A model generated the notes under the pieces. That model was given only the letters and a program-made list of their open reading frames with translations. It was not told the DNA's origin and searched no databases. Position numbers and translations under genes: made by a program. From positions 64,397 to 128,396 of the forward strand of contig CALRDV010000002.1 in assembly GCA_943355005.1 (NCBI GenBank): a stretch of DNA of 64,000 nt. The letters are read 5' to 3'. The DNA comes from Patescibacteria group bacterium. GTDB taxonomy: Bacteria; Patescibacteriota; Microgenomatia; UBA1400; MFAQ01. Positions 1 through 9,699 of the stretch are shown piece after piece (within the stretch, counting starts at the first letter, position 1; each line of letters starts with the position of its first letter).

Positions 1-523
1 CATCAATCATCTCTTTTTCACTATTAACGACTAATTGAGAATCATAAGCGTCAGTTTCGGAAAAACTATAGACAGTTTCTGGTTTTTCAAAATTATCTGG
101 TAGTTCTACCCTTTCAAGATCGTTAAAACAGTCGAGCAATTCTTGCCATTTATGTCTATTTCCGTCAGTATTCTGGGATTCTTCTACCGCTATCAACCCA
201 CCTTTTTTCAACACTCTCATAAAGTCTTTTAGTGCTCGTCCATTTACGCGACCACCCCTTAAACAAATCCAAATTAAATCAACGCTTGAGTCGGCCAGTG
301 GTGATTCTTCCATATCTCCCAAAAGTTTAATTCCATTACCCAGCCTCTCTAAATACTTAACTTCTTTTTCATTTTCAGGCAAAGATAGATGTATTACACT
401 CGTCTCACCGAATACCTTTTTCGGCACCATGTCAGCACCACTGGCAGGATAGTAAACAATTAGAGGCTTATATTTTCCCTTAATATACTCCATGAAAATC
501 ATTCTTTTTTCGTCGAAAGTCAT
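1..523 (-). CDS. class I SAM-dependent methyltransferase-like protein (partial, runs off window start)
   Basis: Read manually from ATG at 523: MTFDEKRMIF...YYPASGAD...GDMEESPLADSSVDLIW...FMRVLKKGGLI. The post-motif-I and RVLKxGG motifs are typical of type 11 methyltransferases. Confidence 0.6.
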   Translation of the reverse strand, partial: MTFDEKRMIFMEYIKGKYKPLIVYYPASGADMVPKKVFGETSVIHLSLPENEKEVKYLERLGNGIKLLGDMEESPLADSSVDLIWICLRGGRVNGRALKDFMRVLKKGGLIAVEESQNTDGNRHKWQELLDCFNDLERVELPDNFEKPETVYSFSETDAYDSQLVVNSEKEMID

Positions 524-527
524 TTTT

Positions 528-2234
528 TTATATTTTGGACAATTTACCAATCTCTTCCAGTTCTTTCCAAGTGGTTGCTTGCTTTGGTCCTTTGTCCTGA
601 CGGAATTTTACCAGCCGAGGGAATCGAAGCGCCACTCCTCCTGCATGATTAGGACTCTTTGTGATTTCATCGGCCGCTACTTCCACCACAATCGCGGGCT
701 GAACCCACACATCGGGTATTAAGGCTCCGGTTACCAAATAATCCAAAGGTTTATCTTTTACACTATTCTCATCCAAACTCTTTTTTAAATCTCTAAATTC
801 TTCGTCTGTCAGCCCGGTACCAATTTTAGCTATTGATACCCACTTTCCTTCTTTTAGCAAGCCAACCAGAAATGCCCCAATTCCAAACCCAACTCTCTTC
901 CCTCTACCGGAGTAATAGCCCAAAACCACCAGGTCAAAAGTGTCGGCCAGTTTTCCACTTGTCCCCTCGGCTTCTTTTATCTTTACCCAATTCCACCCCT
1001 GTCGGCCAGGCAAGTATTCCCCTCCCCACATTTTTATGACTGCTCCCTCGAAGCCTTCGCTCAGAAATTTATCATGCATCTTCTGCACCTCTTCAGAGTC
1101 ACTCGTTCGAAAATATTCATCGGGAACCAAAGTATCATTTTTCTTTATTATTTTGCTTAGAATTTCCCTTCTTTCAAAATAAGGTTTCTCAATTAAACTT
1201 TTTCCGTCCAGACTCAGAATATCAAAAACAAAAAATCTCAAAGGAACTTCCTTTGCCGTTTCCGCCACCCCATGTTTTCTTTTCCTCGTGATCGTTAACT
1301 GGAATGAGAGCACTTTATTTGTTTTTAGATCATATCCGACAGCCTCACAATCCAAGATTAACTCGTCAGCTTTAACCCAATCATTCATGGATAATAGCTC
1401 AGGAAACATTGGGCTGGACTCCTCCAAGTTTCTGGTGTAAGTCTTAACGGGTTCCCCTTTTTTAAAATGAATCTGTACCCGAGTACCATCATATTTCTTT
1501 TCAACAGCCACATCCTCCATCTTCTCCACAATTTCCTGGTAATTATTCAAACGCTGACAAAGTGCGGGAACGACAGGTACACCCGTTTTCACTTTGATAT
1601 TTTTAAGACCATCCATCCCCTTATCTTTAACTACCATGGCAATGTATCCGGGATCTGGATAAATCTGAAACACACCATCTAGTTCTTTTCTCAGTGTTTT
1701 TCCCCCGCTTGTCATTTGTGAGATGGCATCAAAAATGGTTTTTTCGGAAAACCCAAGACGAAGTTTACCGAGCACCATTCGCGCAATGAACTTTCTCTCC
1801 AGTTGAGTCGAAGCCAAAAAAAGTTCCGTCAGTCCGAACACTTTTTTTTCCTGACTTCCGGTTCCACCTTCATCTGCAATCAATTTCAATTTTTCATAAA
1901 CCTCGGCAACGGAATAATTTACCCTTTTCTCTTTTTCAAACTCCAAGGTCTCAACCAGCAGGCCAAGGTCTCCCTTCGCTTTATATATTTTTTCCACCTT
2001 TTCGATAGACTGTCCCGTGCCGTCGGCTACGCTCCTCAGAACCATCTTAACTGCCATGTTAAACTCTTTATTATCAAAGTCAGGTCCCAGTTGTCCCAGT
2101 GTCAAATAAACCCCTTTATCTGTTTCATCCACTTCCATATTTATAATCAACTCCGCCAAAACGGCTGTGATTTCCAATCGCGACGAAATTTTCTCCAACC
2201 TCTCCAAATAATCGGCAAATTCTTTAAACTGCAT
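528..2234 (-). CDS. lig: ATP-dependent DNA ligase (archaeal/eukaryal-type, with N-terminal DNA-binding domain)
   Basis: EKKYDG adenylation motif, EGAVIK, WVKIK, LRFPR. Start moved to MQFKEF at 2234; the ORF-track extension runs into a non-coding element. Confidence 0.92.
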   Translation of the reverse strand: MQFKEFADYLERLEKISSRLEITAVLAELIINMEVDETDKGVYLTLGQLGPDFDNKEFNMAVKMVLRSVADGTGQSIEKVEKIYKAKGDLGLLVETLEFEKEKRVNYSVAEVYEKLKLIADEGGTGSQEKKVFGLTELFLASTQLERKFIARMVLGKLRLGFSEKTIFDAISQMTSGGKTLRKELDGVFQIYPDPGYIAMVVKDKGMDGLKNIKVKTGVPVVPALCQRLNNYQEIVEKMEDVAVEKKYDGTRVQIHFKKGEPVKTYTRNLEESSPMFPELLSMNDWVKADELILDCEAVGYDLKTNKVLSFQLTITRKRKHGVAETAKEVPLRFFVFDILSLDGKSLIEKPYFERREILSKIIKKNDTLVPDEYFRTSDSEEVQKMHDKFLSEGFEGAVIKMWGGEYLPGRQGWNWVKIKEAEGTSGKLADTFDLVVLGYYSGRGKRVGFGIGAFLVGLLKEGKWVSIAKIGTGLTDEEFRDLKKSLDENSVKDKPLDYLVTGALIPDVWVQPAIVVEVAADEITKSPNHAGGVALRFPRLVKFRQDKGPKQATTWKELEEIGKLSKI

Positions 2235-2261
2235 ATCTCCATAGTATATCAATGAGAAGTA

Positions 2262-2515
2262 AAAATAATCGGCAAGACCATCATCGCTTTGGGAGAACTT
2301 ACACAGTCCCAAAATGCTAGGCTCTGTACTCAGAGTGCCGAAACTGAACCTGTAACAGTTTCAGTGAGGCGGGGGTGAGGGTAAAGACGCAGTCTTTAAT
2401 CCCGAACACATTTATACCATAGGGATTTTGGGGCGAGTATGTAGATGATTGGCGCCCGCAGGAGGCGACAAATTATCGGTCGCAACAAAGCAATGTGGAC
2501 GTTAGTCAGAATTTT
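2262..2515 (+). ncRNA. candidate structured RNA, possibly a divergent RNase P-like RNA
   Basis: GC-richer intergenic region with nested helices: 2278-2285/2444-2452, 2306-2315/2425-2434, 2322-2326/2331-2335, 2340-2346/2356-2362, TAAAGAC/GTCTTTA near 2382-2398, 2465-2469/2479-2483. Identity not established. Confidence 0.55.
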
Positions 2516-2542
2516 TTGCGGTCTTCAAACCAAATTAATTTA

Positions 2543-3607
2543 TTATCTATAACTTCTAATTTTCCCTATTACATAAAGAGCACCTTTGGTCTTCCCTTTC
2601 TTCCTAAGTAGCTTCTTATCAATCAAGCCTTTAAGATCTCTCAGAATCGTATCATCGGAAACCATGGGCAAGATACTCCTGATTTCTTTTATGGTCATCT
2701 CATTTTTTAAAGTCATCTCTTCCATTATTACAATTTGTCTTTCAGTCAAAGAAATTGCCTTCCCTCCATCGGATTTAAAAATAGGTGCTTCCCCCACCAA
2801 ATTAAGAACTTTCGTCTGCGCTTTTTCGGCAGAGTCGGATAGACACCTGGTTAAGAATTCAAGCCATACTGTCAAAGCCCCCCCATTTCTTTCCACGGAG
2901 TCAAATGAAATCTTAAAAACATCAGCACTTTTAAGGACTTCTTCGTTAAAAGACCATATTCTTTTAAGTCCATAGCCTTCGGTAAGCAAAGTCAGTTGAA
3001 AGAAAAGTAATGCTGTCGACAAATTGTTATCTTGAAATGGGTTAATTCTCTGCAATTCGTAGAACATTACCCCTGCTTTGTTTACAGGATGAATTTCATT
3101 TTTACCAACATTTTTATACCACCCAAAGAGGTCTTCGATTTGAAATGGAACTTCGACATGATCTCGAAATTTACCCATATCTTTTGGCTCCATCAGTCTC
3201 TCACCCATTAAGAGGTGTATTTGTGACAAATCTTTTTCCCCAAAATCTCCTTGCTTGAACTTACCCGCCAGATAAGCTAACTGCTCTACTAGTCTGGTAG
3301 CATTTAACAAGTTTAATATTTGCTGTATATCTTTTTCCTTTCCAATCACACCAATTCTGGAAGCCACCACCCCGGCTTTATCATCTCTACTGGGCTCATC
3401 TTTTACTATCTTCGCCACATCGTCAATACTCAAAGCGTTCCCAACAAATCTGGCTAGACTAAAAATATTTTTTATCAAAGCTTCCTGTCTGAGTCGACCT
3501 TCCCACTCTGTCTGCAAAGGAGCCAACGAAATAACCTTTCCTGCTACTTCAATTCCAATTAAATTAGATAGAGTCTTGTTTGTAATTATATATTCCGGGG
3601 AGAACAT
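2543..3607 (-). CDS. Fic-domain protein with C-terminal DeoR-like winged HTH; Fic motif degenerate
   Basis: EIHPVNKAGVMFYELQRINPFQDNNLS occupies the Fic helix/motif position; C-terminal VSDDTILRDLKGL...KKGKTKGALY is a wHTH. Confidence 0.75.
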   Translation of the reverse strand: MFSPEYIITNKTLSNLIGIEVAGKVISLAPLQTEWEGRLRQEALIKNIFSLARFVGNALSIDDVAKIVKDEPSRDDKAGVVASRIGVIGKEKDIQQILNLLNATRLVEQLAYLAGKFKQGDFGEKDLSQIHLLMGERLMEPKDMGKFRDHVEVPFQIEDLFGWYKNVGKNEIHPVNKAGVMFYELQRINPFQDNNLSTALLFFQLTLLTEGYGLKRIWSFNEEVLKSADVFKISFDSVERNGGALTVWLEFLTRCLSDSAEKAQTKVLNLVGEAPIFKSDGGKAISLTERQIVIMEEMTLKNEMTIKEIRSILPMVSDDTILRDLKGLIDKKLLRKKGKTKGALYVIGKIRSYR

Positions 3608-3673
3608 TCCTCAATTATCGCAGTTTATGCGGTTATTGGCAACTTCTTTAATCCTGAACGCGGCCGCCTCCCT

Positions 3674-4558
3674 CTACCCCAAACTTTTTATCACATCCCC
3701 ATACGCCTCCGGCACCGTGTCTAACAAATCATCAGCATTAAACATAAATCCATTTTTATCTGCCAGTTTCTCACCGGCCTTTTTAACCAAATACGACGCC
3801 GCGGCTACAGAGAAAAGCGAATCGTCTTTAGCTAAAAAACCCACAATCACTCCGGCGATAGTGTCTCCGACGCCACCCTTAATCAAACCATCATTCCCCC
3901 CATATATTTTGATTACCCTTTTCCCATCGCTTACCGCCGAAATTTCATCTTTAGTCAAAATAACCAAATCATATTTCTTAGCCAAATTAAATATCTGCTC
4001 GCACCTCTTATCTATTTCTGGTTCCATTTTTTCACCAAACATCATTTCGAATTCTTTTCCATTTGGTGTAATTATCGAGCCTTTAGGAAGATCACTTATG
4101 CTTACCACCTGAAGAGCACCTCCGTCCACTACCCACTTTTTATCCGGATATTTATTAAAAAAATCGACACAAATTTTCTTTGTTTTTTCGCCCTCGTCAT
4201 CACATACAAAGTTTTGTTCTTTTATATGACTTCTCATCATGCCAGGACCAATTAGAACAGAATCGGACTTGGCGATATAATTTCCAATTTCATCATAAGG
4301 AACCCATACAAAGCTCGACAATAATGACTTTATTTTGTCAGCCACTCCTTTATCTTCATCTGGAGTTGAGAAATAAACCATCCCTGCAATCCTTGAAGCA
4401 CCCTTAAGAGCCATTATGGGAGCCCCATGGAATAGTTTACTCCCACCAATTATAGTCACACCTCCACCCGTAACTACCTTACCTGAATATTTACTGGTCA
4501 CTCCTTTTAAAGTTTTACTTTCCGCAAACCAACTTGGGTCAAATGTTTCTATATTCAT
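3674..4558 (-). CDS. nnrD: ADP-dependent NAD(P)H-hydrate dehydratase (YjeF C-terminal domain)
   Basis: IIGGSKLFHGAP, IGPGM, VVDGGAL, ITPN, GGVGD ribokinase-like motifs. Confidence 0.85.
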   Translation of the reverse strand: MNIETFDPSWFAESKTLKGVTSKYSGKVVTGGGVTIIGGSKLFHGAPIMALKGASRIAGMVYFSTPDEDKGVADKIKSLLSSFVWVPYDEIGNYIAKSDSVLIGPGMMRSHIKEQNFVCDDEGEKTKKICVDFFNKYPDKKWVVDGGALQVVSISDLPKGSIITPNGKEFEMMFGEKMEPEIDKRCEQIFNLAKKYDLVILTKDEISAVSDGKRVIKIYGGNDGLIKGGVGDTIAGVIVGFLAKDDSLFSVAAASYLVKKAGEKLADKNGFMFNADDLLDTVPEAYGDVIKSLG

Positions 4559-4581
4559 CGTGTATATTTTACACCTTCTTA

Positions 4582-5634
4582 CTAATTTAATCTGATCATC
4601 CTAGCATCTTTAAACATCTCCACGTCCCCTTCGTCGGCTGTCGTCACAATCACTTGCCGTCCGAACATTACTCTAAGAACCTCCTCTTTATGGTTTTCGT
4701 CGAGCTCGGAAAAAATATCGTCGAGAAGTAAGAGCACTTTTTTCTCACCCTTTTCTTCCATATAGTAAATCTCCCCCATTTTTAGAGCCAAGACTGCCAT
4801 TCTCTGTTCTCCCCTAGAACCATAAACAGCTAAATCTCTCGTTTTATCTTTTATTAGCAAATCATCTTTATGAGGACCCACTAATGTATAACCTACAGCC
4901 AGTTCCGCGTCTTTATACTGCAGCAGCCGGGCTTCACTCATCGCACTCATGTCATACATTATTGATAAATCTCTAAACAGCTCACTCTTTTTAAACAGGT
5001 CATTTATATAGTCAACAATTTCTCTTCTTTTTTCTTGAATAATCTGGCCATGTTTAATCAGAAGACCATCCCAAAAAGTTAAAGAATATCTACTGGCAGT
5101 GCCCTCTCTAATAGCATCCAACAATTTATTTCTCCTCCTCAAAGCTTGTTCATAAGTAGAGATACTGTTGGCATAAATTTTATCTACCTGGATTAGAAGT
5201 CTATCCAAAAACTTTCTTCTTACGTCAGGAGAGCCGCTTATCAGTTCTACATCTTCGGGACGAAAAAGTACCAAGGGTTGCATTCCCAATAGATCCTGTC
5301 TTCTTTTAGAAACTCCATCAATCAAATATTTTCTTTTATTTACCACCTTTCCCATTACCACCCCACCATTAACAATGATTTCCAGAGTCATCAAATCATC
5401 TTTCTTTAGTTCAACTTCTCCGCTCACTCGGCCCAACTCTTGTCCAAAAGCAACCATCTCCTCAGTTCTTTTAGCACGGAAGCTATCGCCAATCCCCAAG
5501 AGATAAATAGCTTCCAACAAATTTGTTTTGCCTTTTGCATTTTGACCAACAATCAGATTTACACCATCCGAAAACTCGTATTCACCATTTTTATAATTTC
5601 TGAAATCACTGAGTGTAATCTTTCTAAGCATCAA
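4582..5634 (-). CDS. recF: DNA replication/repair protein RecF
   Basis: Walker A GQNAKGKTN, GPHKDD, GSRGEQR, LLLDDIFSELD. Confidence 0.93.
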   Translation of the reverse strand: MMLRKITLSDFRNYKNGEYEFSDGVNLIVGQNAKGKTNLLEAIYLLGIGDSFRAKRTEEMVAFGQELGRVSGEVELKKDDLMTLEIIVNGGVVMGKVVNKRKYLIDGVSKRRQDLLGMQPLVLFRPEDVELISGSPDVRRKFLDRLLIQVDKIYANSISTYEQALRRRNKLLDAIREGTASRYSLTFWDGLLIKHGQIIQEKRREIVDYINDLFKKSELFRDLSIMYDMSAMSEARLLQYKDAELAVGYTLVGPHKDDLLIKDKTRDLAVYGSRGEQRMAVLALKMGEIYYMEEKGEKKVLLLLDDIFSELDENHKEEVLRVMFGRQVIVTTADEGDVEMFKDARMIRLN

Positions 5635-5653
5635 TACCTATATTTTACCTTAC

Positions 5654-6271
5654 TCAATCATTAGGCTCGATTACAAACAAAGTCTGCCTGCCATACATGC
5701 CATAAAATTCTATACTTGACCACTCCTTCGTATAAATAGATTTCCATCCTAACTTCATAAATATTTTTATCCAATCTTCTGTTCTGTGATAATCATGGTG
5801 GTAAAACTCAAAGTTTCCAACAGAATCTCTAGCAGAAACCAAAAATCTTTCAAACTCATTTCTATATGTATCCTCTATTATCACTATTCTTTTGCAAACT
5901 CTCATAGTCTCCTCCAAAACCTTCATTGGATTAGAGCAGTGATGTAAGACGCAAATCAAAAGGCCGGTATCCATCGAACCGTTCTTTAATGGTAAGTTTT
6001 CACCATCATAAATTTTTGCGGTTATTCCCGGGTACAAGGAAGAATTTACGACATCAACTCCCACAACTTTGAACCTGCGGGAGATTAGTATTTTTGACAT
6101 AGATCCCGCGCCAACACCGACATCAAGAATTTTTGAACCAACAATATATTTCTCAAATAAATTAAATCTTGAACGGGCATTAAGCTCCATTAAACTTCTA
6201 GCTACTTTCCTTACAGTATTACCAATACTTCCACTTTTATTAATGAAATTTACAAAAGCTAATGCCGGCAT
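5654..6271 (-). CDS. class I SAM-dependent methyltransferase
   Basis: ILDVGVGAG motif I and VLHH. Start set at MPALAF (6271), 5 nt after a TAGAAT -10. Confidence 0.8.
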   Translation of the reverse strand: MPALAFVNFINKSGSIGNTVRKVARSLMELNARSRFNLFEKYIVGSKILDVGVGAGSMSKILISRRFKVVGVDVVNSSLYPGITAKIYDGENLPLKNGSMDTGLLICVLHHCSNPMKVLEETMRVCKRIVIIEDTYRNEFERFLVSARDSVGNFEFYHHDYHRTEDWIKIFMKLGWKSIYTKEWSSIEFYGMYGRQTLFVIEPND

Positions 6272-6284
6272 TCCACATTCTACT

Positions 6285-7133
6285 TCACTTCTGACATCCG
6301 GGACAATAGAAAGTCCCCCTACCACCTTGTTTCATTTTCTTAATCTTATCTCCACATCTCTTACACACTTGTCCTTCTTTTTTATAAACCAAAAAATAAT
6401 CTTGGTATGTGCCACCCAATCCTGTCACTTGTACATAGTTACTGGCACTGGCTCCCCCGTACTTAATTCCCAATTTAATAATCTTAATTACGGAATCGTG
6501 CAATTTTTGAGATTCTTTTGGATTAAGACTATCCGCTTTTCTGTCGGGTCTAATTTCTGCATCATACAGAGCATCATTTACATAAATGTTTCCCAAACCA
6601 CCAATCTTATCTTGATCCAGAAGCAGAAGCTTTATTGGTTTTTTTGTCTTCTTTAATAAATCAAAGAAATATTCCCTGGTAAATTCTTTATCAATTACAT
6701 CCGGCACCAATGATTTCGCTTCTTTTTCATATTTATCTTTATCTACCACCCTCATCCACCCAAACACTCGCATATCATTGAAAAATAATTTCGATCCGTC
6801 TTTAAAAGTCCAGACAGCTCTTGTGTGTTTCGATGGTAATTCACCTACCCAGTCAGGACTAGGGTGTCCGCCCGATATTCTTTTTTCTCCAGTTATATAG
6901 ATAAGTTGTCCGGTCATCTTCAAATGGATAATCACAGAGTCCTCGATATTTTTAAATACTATCTGAATAACTTTTGATCTTCGCTTAACTTCTTCAATCT
7001 CAAATCCAAGTATCCTTTTGGGTACACCGGAAAAGCTTTTTTCCCTAAGCACTTCAATATCTGTTAACACCTTTCCTCTCAGTACTTCATCCAGCTGTCT
7101 TCTAATCGTTTCTACTTCAGGGAGTTCTGGCAT
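6285..7133 (-). CDS. mutM: formamidopyrimidine-DNA glycosylase
   Basis: N-terminal MPELPEVE, HLKMTG, GLGNIY, C-terminal CxxC...CxxC zinc finger. Confidence 0.96.
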   Translation of the reverse strand: MPELPEVETIRRQLDEVLRGKVLTDIEVLREKSFSGVPKRILGFEIEEVKRRSKVIQIVFKNIEDSVIIHLKMTGQLIYITGEKRISGGHPSPDWVGELPSKHTRAVWTFKDGSKLFFNDMRVFGWMRVVDKDKYEKEAKSLVPDVIDKEFTREYFFDLLKKTKKPIKLLLLDQDKIGGLGNIYVNDALYDAEIRPDRKADSLNPKESQKLHDSVIKIIKLGIKYGGASASNYVQVTGLGGTYQDYFLVYKKEGQVCKRCGDKIKKMKQGGRGTFYCPGCQK

Positions 7134-7134
7134 A

Positions 7135-7692
7135 CTAAAGTACGTCCTTGGGAGTAAATAATATCCATCCGGCAGAAACAAAACAAAGAAATGCAATTGT
7201 CACAAATAGAAAGTTAAATCCTAAACCACTAACAATAAATCCTCCAACAATAGACCCTAAAGCCATTACCAGGTTTGCCACCAGTGTCCAATCAGAGTAC
7301 TCCATCACCTCCATTTTTTTATTGGTATGTTTTGCAAATAATGCACTAAAAATCGGAGTCCCCAAAGAATCACCCAGCCCAAATACTATTTGAATTAATA
7401 TTAGGGCAAGAGCAGTATTAACAAATATCATTCCCAAGAATCCAAAACCTCTAATTGCGTAGCTGGCCGCCAATAATAATTTTTTTTCCTTCACCTCATC
7501 CCCTCTTTGAGACATAAGAATTAGGAATATTGTCGAGGATACATAGAACACTGCCGTCGTAATACTTACCAGAAGAACTCCTCCACCAATTTTTTGAACA
7601 TATACGGCATACAAAGGACCCAACAAAAGAGCGGCAAACAAATAAATCGCGTTACAAACAAACAGTATCTTTAGAGCCAGGTTATTTTTCAT
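7135..7692 (-). CDS. half-size MFS-like membrane protein (about 6 TM)
   Basis: Hydrophobic 185 aa with an MFS-type helix pattern. Confidence 0.65.
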   Translation of the reverse strand: MKNNLALKILFVCNAIYLFAALLLGPLYAVYVQKIGGGVLLVSITTAVFYVSSTIFLILMSQRGDEVKEKKLLLAASYAIRGFGFLGMIFVNTALALILIQIVFGLGDSLGTPIFSALFAKHTNKKMEVMEYSDWTLVANLVMALGSIVGGFIVSGLGFNFLFVTIAFLCFVSAGWILFTPKDVL

Positions 7693-8794
7693 TCACCTTC
7701 ATCTTATCAATTATCGTTCTGATTTTTTCTTCAAACAAATTCCTAGAAAACTTTTTAGACTGCTTAATCAATTCATCTCTTTTCCATACTGTTTTTTTAA
7801 ACTTTACGATTGCCATCTCAAGTGTTTTTTCATCCGTTCCGTCAATTAATAGACCCGTAACCCCATTCACGACAGTTTCTTTAAATCCTCCGCCATTAAA
7901 GGCGATTACTGGAGTTCCCGAAGCCATCGCCTCGACTGGTGTAATACCAAAATCTTCATCTTTAGCCAAAGCAATAAATCCTTTAGCTTTAGCATATAGA
8001 TCAGCAACCCCTTCATCACTCACTCTTCCTAACAGCTCAACATTATCAAATTTTCTAAGTTGGTTCTCAATCTGAGAAAATCCCACCGACTCACCAACAA
8101 TCTTAAGTTTATAGCCGGAATGGCGGGTTGCTTTAGCTGCCTCCACCAAACCTTTTGCCCCTACCAATCTGGAAACAATAAAGAAATAATCTTCTTTTTT
8201 TACCCCATTACTCGACTTAATGTAATCATCTACTTCTACCGGCGGATAGACAACCTCTGCTTCTTTACGATAATATTTCATGACCCTACCCTTAGTGTTC
8301 TCGGAATTGACGACCCACATATCTACTCGTTTAGAAGACCAAAGGTCAAATATCCGTAAAAAATGATTAACTATAATTGCATAGACCCTCACCATCCAAT
8401 ATTTTTGTAAATTAATACTCGTCTCATACCCATACAAGAATCGTGGAGGAGTATGGCAATAAGCTACTACTTTTGTCTTTGGGGAAACTTTAAATCCCCT
8501 GGCAAAATAAGAAGAACAAGAAGTCAGCACCAAGTCATACTTACTTAAATCAATCGATCCCCAAACAAAAGGAATCAAAAATCTTAACGGACTGTATAAG
8601 TTCCATCTTTTGATTAAAAATGCCCAAGAACTTTCCACAATTTTTCTATCTGAAAACTCTTTTTCACAGCTGGACCCAGATACCTTAAATGCGGTGTAGA
8701 TTGGAGCCTTAGGATACATATCCGCCAACGCTCTCAGAACTCTTTCGGCCCCTCCAAATTCCTTAATATAATCGTGAACTAGAGCAATTTTCAT
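7682..8794 (-). CDS. glycosyltransferase family 4
   Basis: MKIALVHDY...GGAERV and [14 protein letters not shown]. Confidence 0.9.
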   Translation of the reverse strand: MKIALVHDYIKEFGGAERVLRALADMYPKAPIYTAFKVSGSSCEKEFSDRKIVESSWAFLIKRWNLYSPLRFLIPFVWGSIDLSKYDLVLTSCSSYFARGFKVSPKTKVVAYCHTPPRFLYGYETSINLQKYWMVRVYAIIVNHFLRIFDLWSSKRVDMWVVNSENTKGRVMKYYRKEAEVVYPPVEVDDYIKSSNGVKKEDYFFIVSRLVGAKGLVEAAKATRHSGYKLKIVGESVGFSQIENQLRKFDNVELLGRVSDEGVADLYAKAKGFIALAKDEDFGITPVEAMASGTPVIAFNGGGFKETVVNGVTGLLIDGTDEKTLEMAIVKFKKTVWKRDELIKQSKKFSRNLFEEKIRTIIDKMKVNEK

Positions 8795-9699
8795 ATAAAC
8801 ACATCCTGAACTTCCTTTTCCCAGGAATCTTTTGGCAATTTGGCTACTAAACTTTTAAAGTTTAACTCTTCAAATAAAGACACCACACCTACTTTATCGT
8901 AGTTTGTAAGCAAGCAGTCATCCCAATTCAACTCTAATGGTACTTTTTGATCTATTGTTGCCAAGTGATAACTTTTATCTGCCATTTCTTTATCGGAAAC
9001 CAAAAGCATTTTGATTCTAGGGCTCAACTTAGACACTTCTATATTTTCATAAATATCATGGAGACTTCCAAATTCTTGTATCAATTTTGTTGCCGTTACT
9101 TTTCCGATTCCTTTTACACCTGGTATATTGTCGGAAGGGTCTCCCATTAAGCTCTTTAAATCAATTATTTGTTTCGGATAGAGTCCATAAACTTCTTTTA
9201 CCTTATCCTCATCAAATACTACAGATTGATTGTGATGGTTTTGAATAGGTAAAAAAACTACAATTTTATTCCCTTTAATTAATTGAAGTGAGTCTCGATC
9301 TCCGGTTACTATCACCACTTGAGTGTCATTCTCTTCACCAGCCATTCTAGATAAAGTTCCTATAATGTCGTCGGCTTCATAACCCTCAATTCCAAACTGA
9401 GGAATATTTAGTTTTTGTACCACTTCTTTTGTTCTGTCTATCTGGCCAACCAACTCTTCATCCATAGGACCTCTATTCGCTTTATAATCCTCAAACTCTT
9501 GTTTTCGGAAGGTTGCTCCGTGAACATCCCACGCAACCGCCACATGAGTAGGAGATAGTTTATCCAGGACAGAAAGTAACATGGCAGAGAAACCATAAAC
9601 AGCGTTAATCAGTTCCCCTTTTGGACTCGAAAGCGGAGGGTAGGCATGGTAAGCTCTGTGTAGCAATGCATTACCATCAATTAATATTAATTTCCTCAT
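8791..9699 (-). CDS. stand-alone 5'-3' exonuclease/flap endonuclease (Pol I N-terminal domain)
   Basis: [44 protein letters not shown]. No polymerase domain. Confidence 0.92.
   Translation of the reverse strand: MRKLILIDGNALLHRAYHAYPPLSSPKGELINAVYGFSAMLLSVLDKLSPTHVAVAWDVHGATFRKQEFEDYKANRGPMDEELVGQIDRTKEVVQKLNIPQFGIEGYEADDIIGTLSRMAGEENDTQVVIVTGDRDSLQLIKGNKIVVFLPIQNHHNQSVVFDEDKVKEVYGLYPKQIIDLKSLMGDPSDNIPGVKGIGKVTATKLIQEFGSLHDIYENIEVSKLSPRIKMLLVSDKEMADKSYHLATIDQKVPLELNWDDCLLTNYDKVGVVSLFEELNFKSLVAKLPKDSWEKEVQDVFI

Noticed and set aside
2235-2312. N-terminal extension of the ligase in the ORF track
   Set aside because: It overlaps the structured element. Ligase-like sequence begins at MQFKEF, which has its own TATACT -10.
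2310-2360. TPP riboswitch-like words (GCTAGG, GAACCTG)
   Set aside because: The CTGAGA core and the P4/P5 arrangement are missing, and no thiamine-related gene follows.
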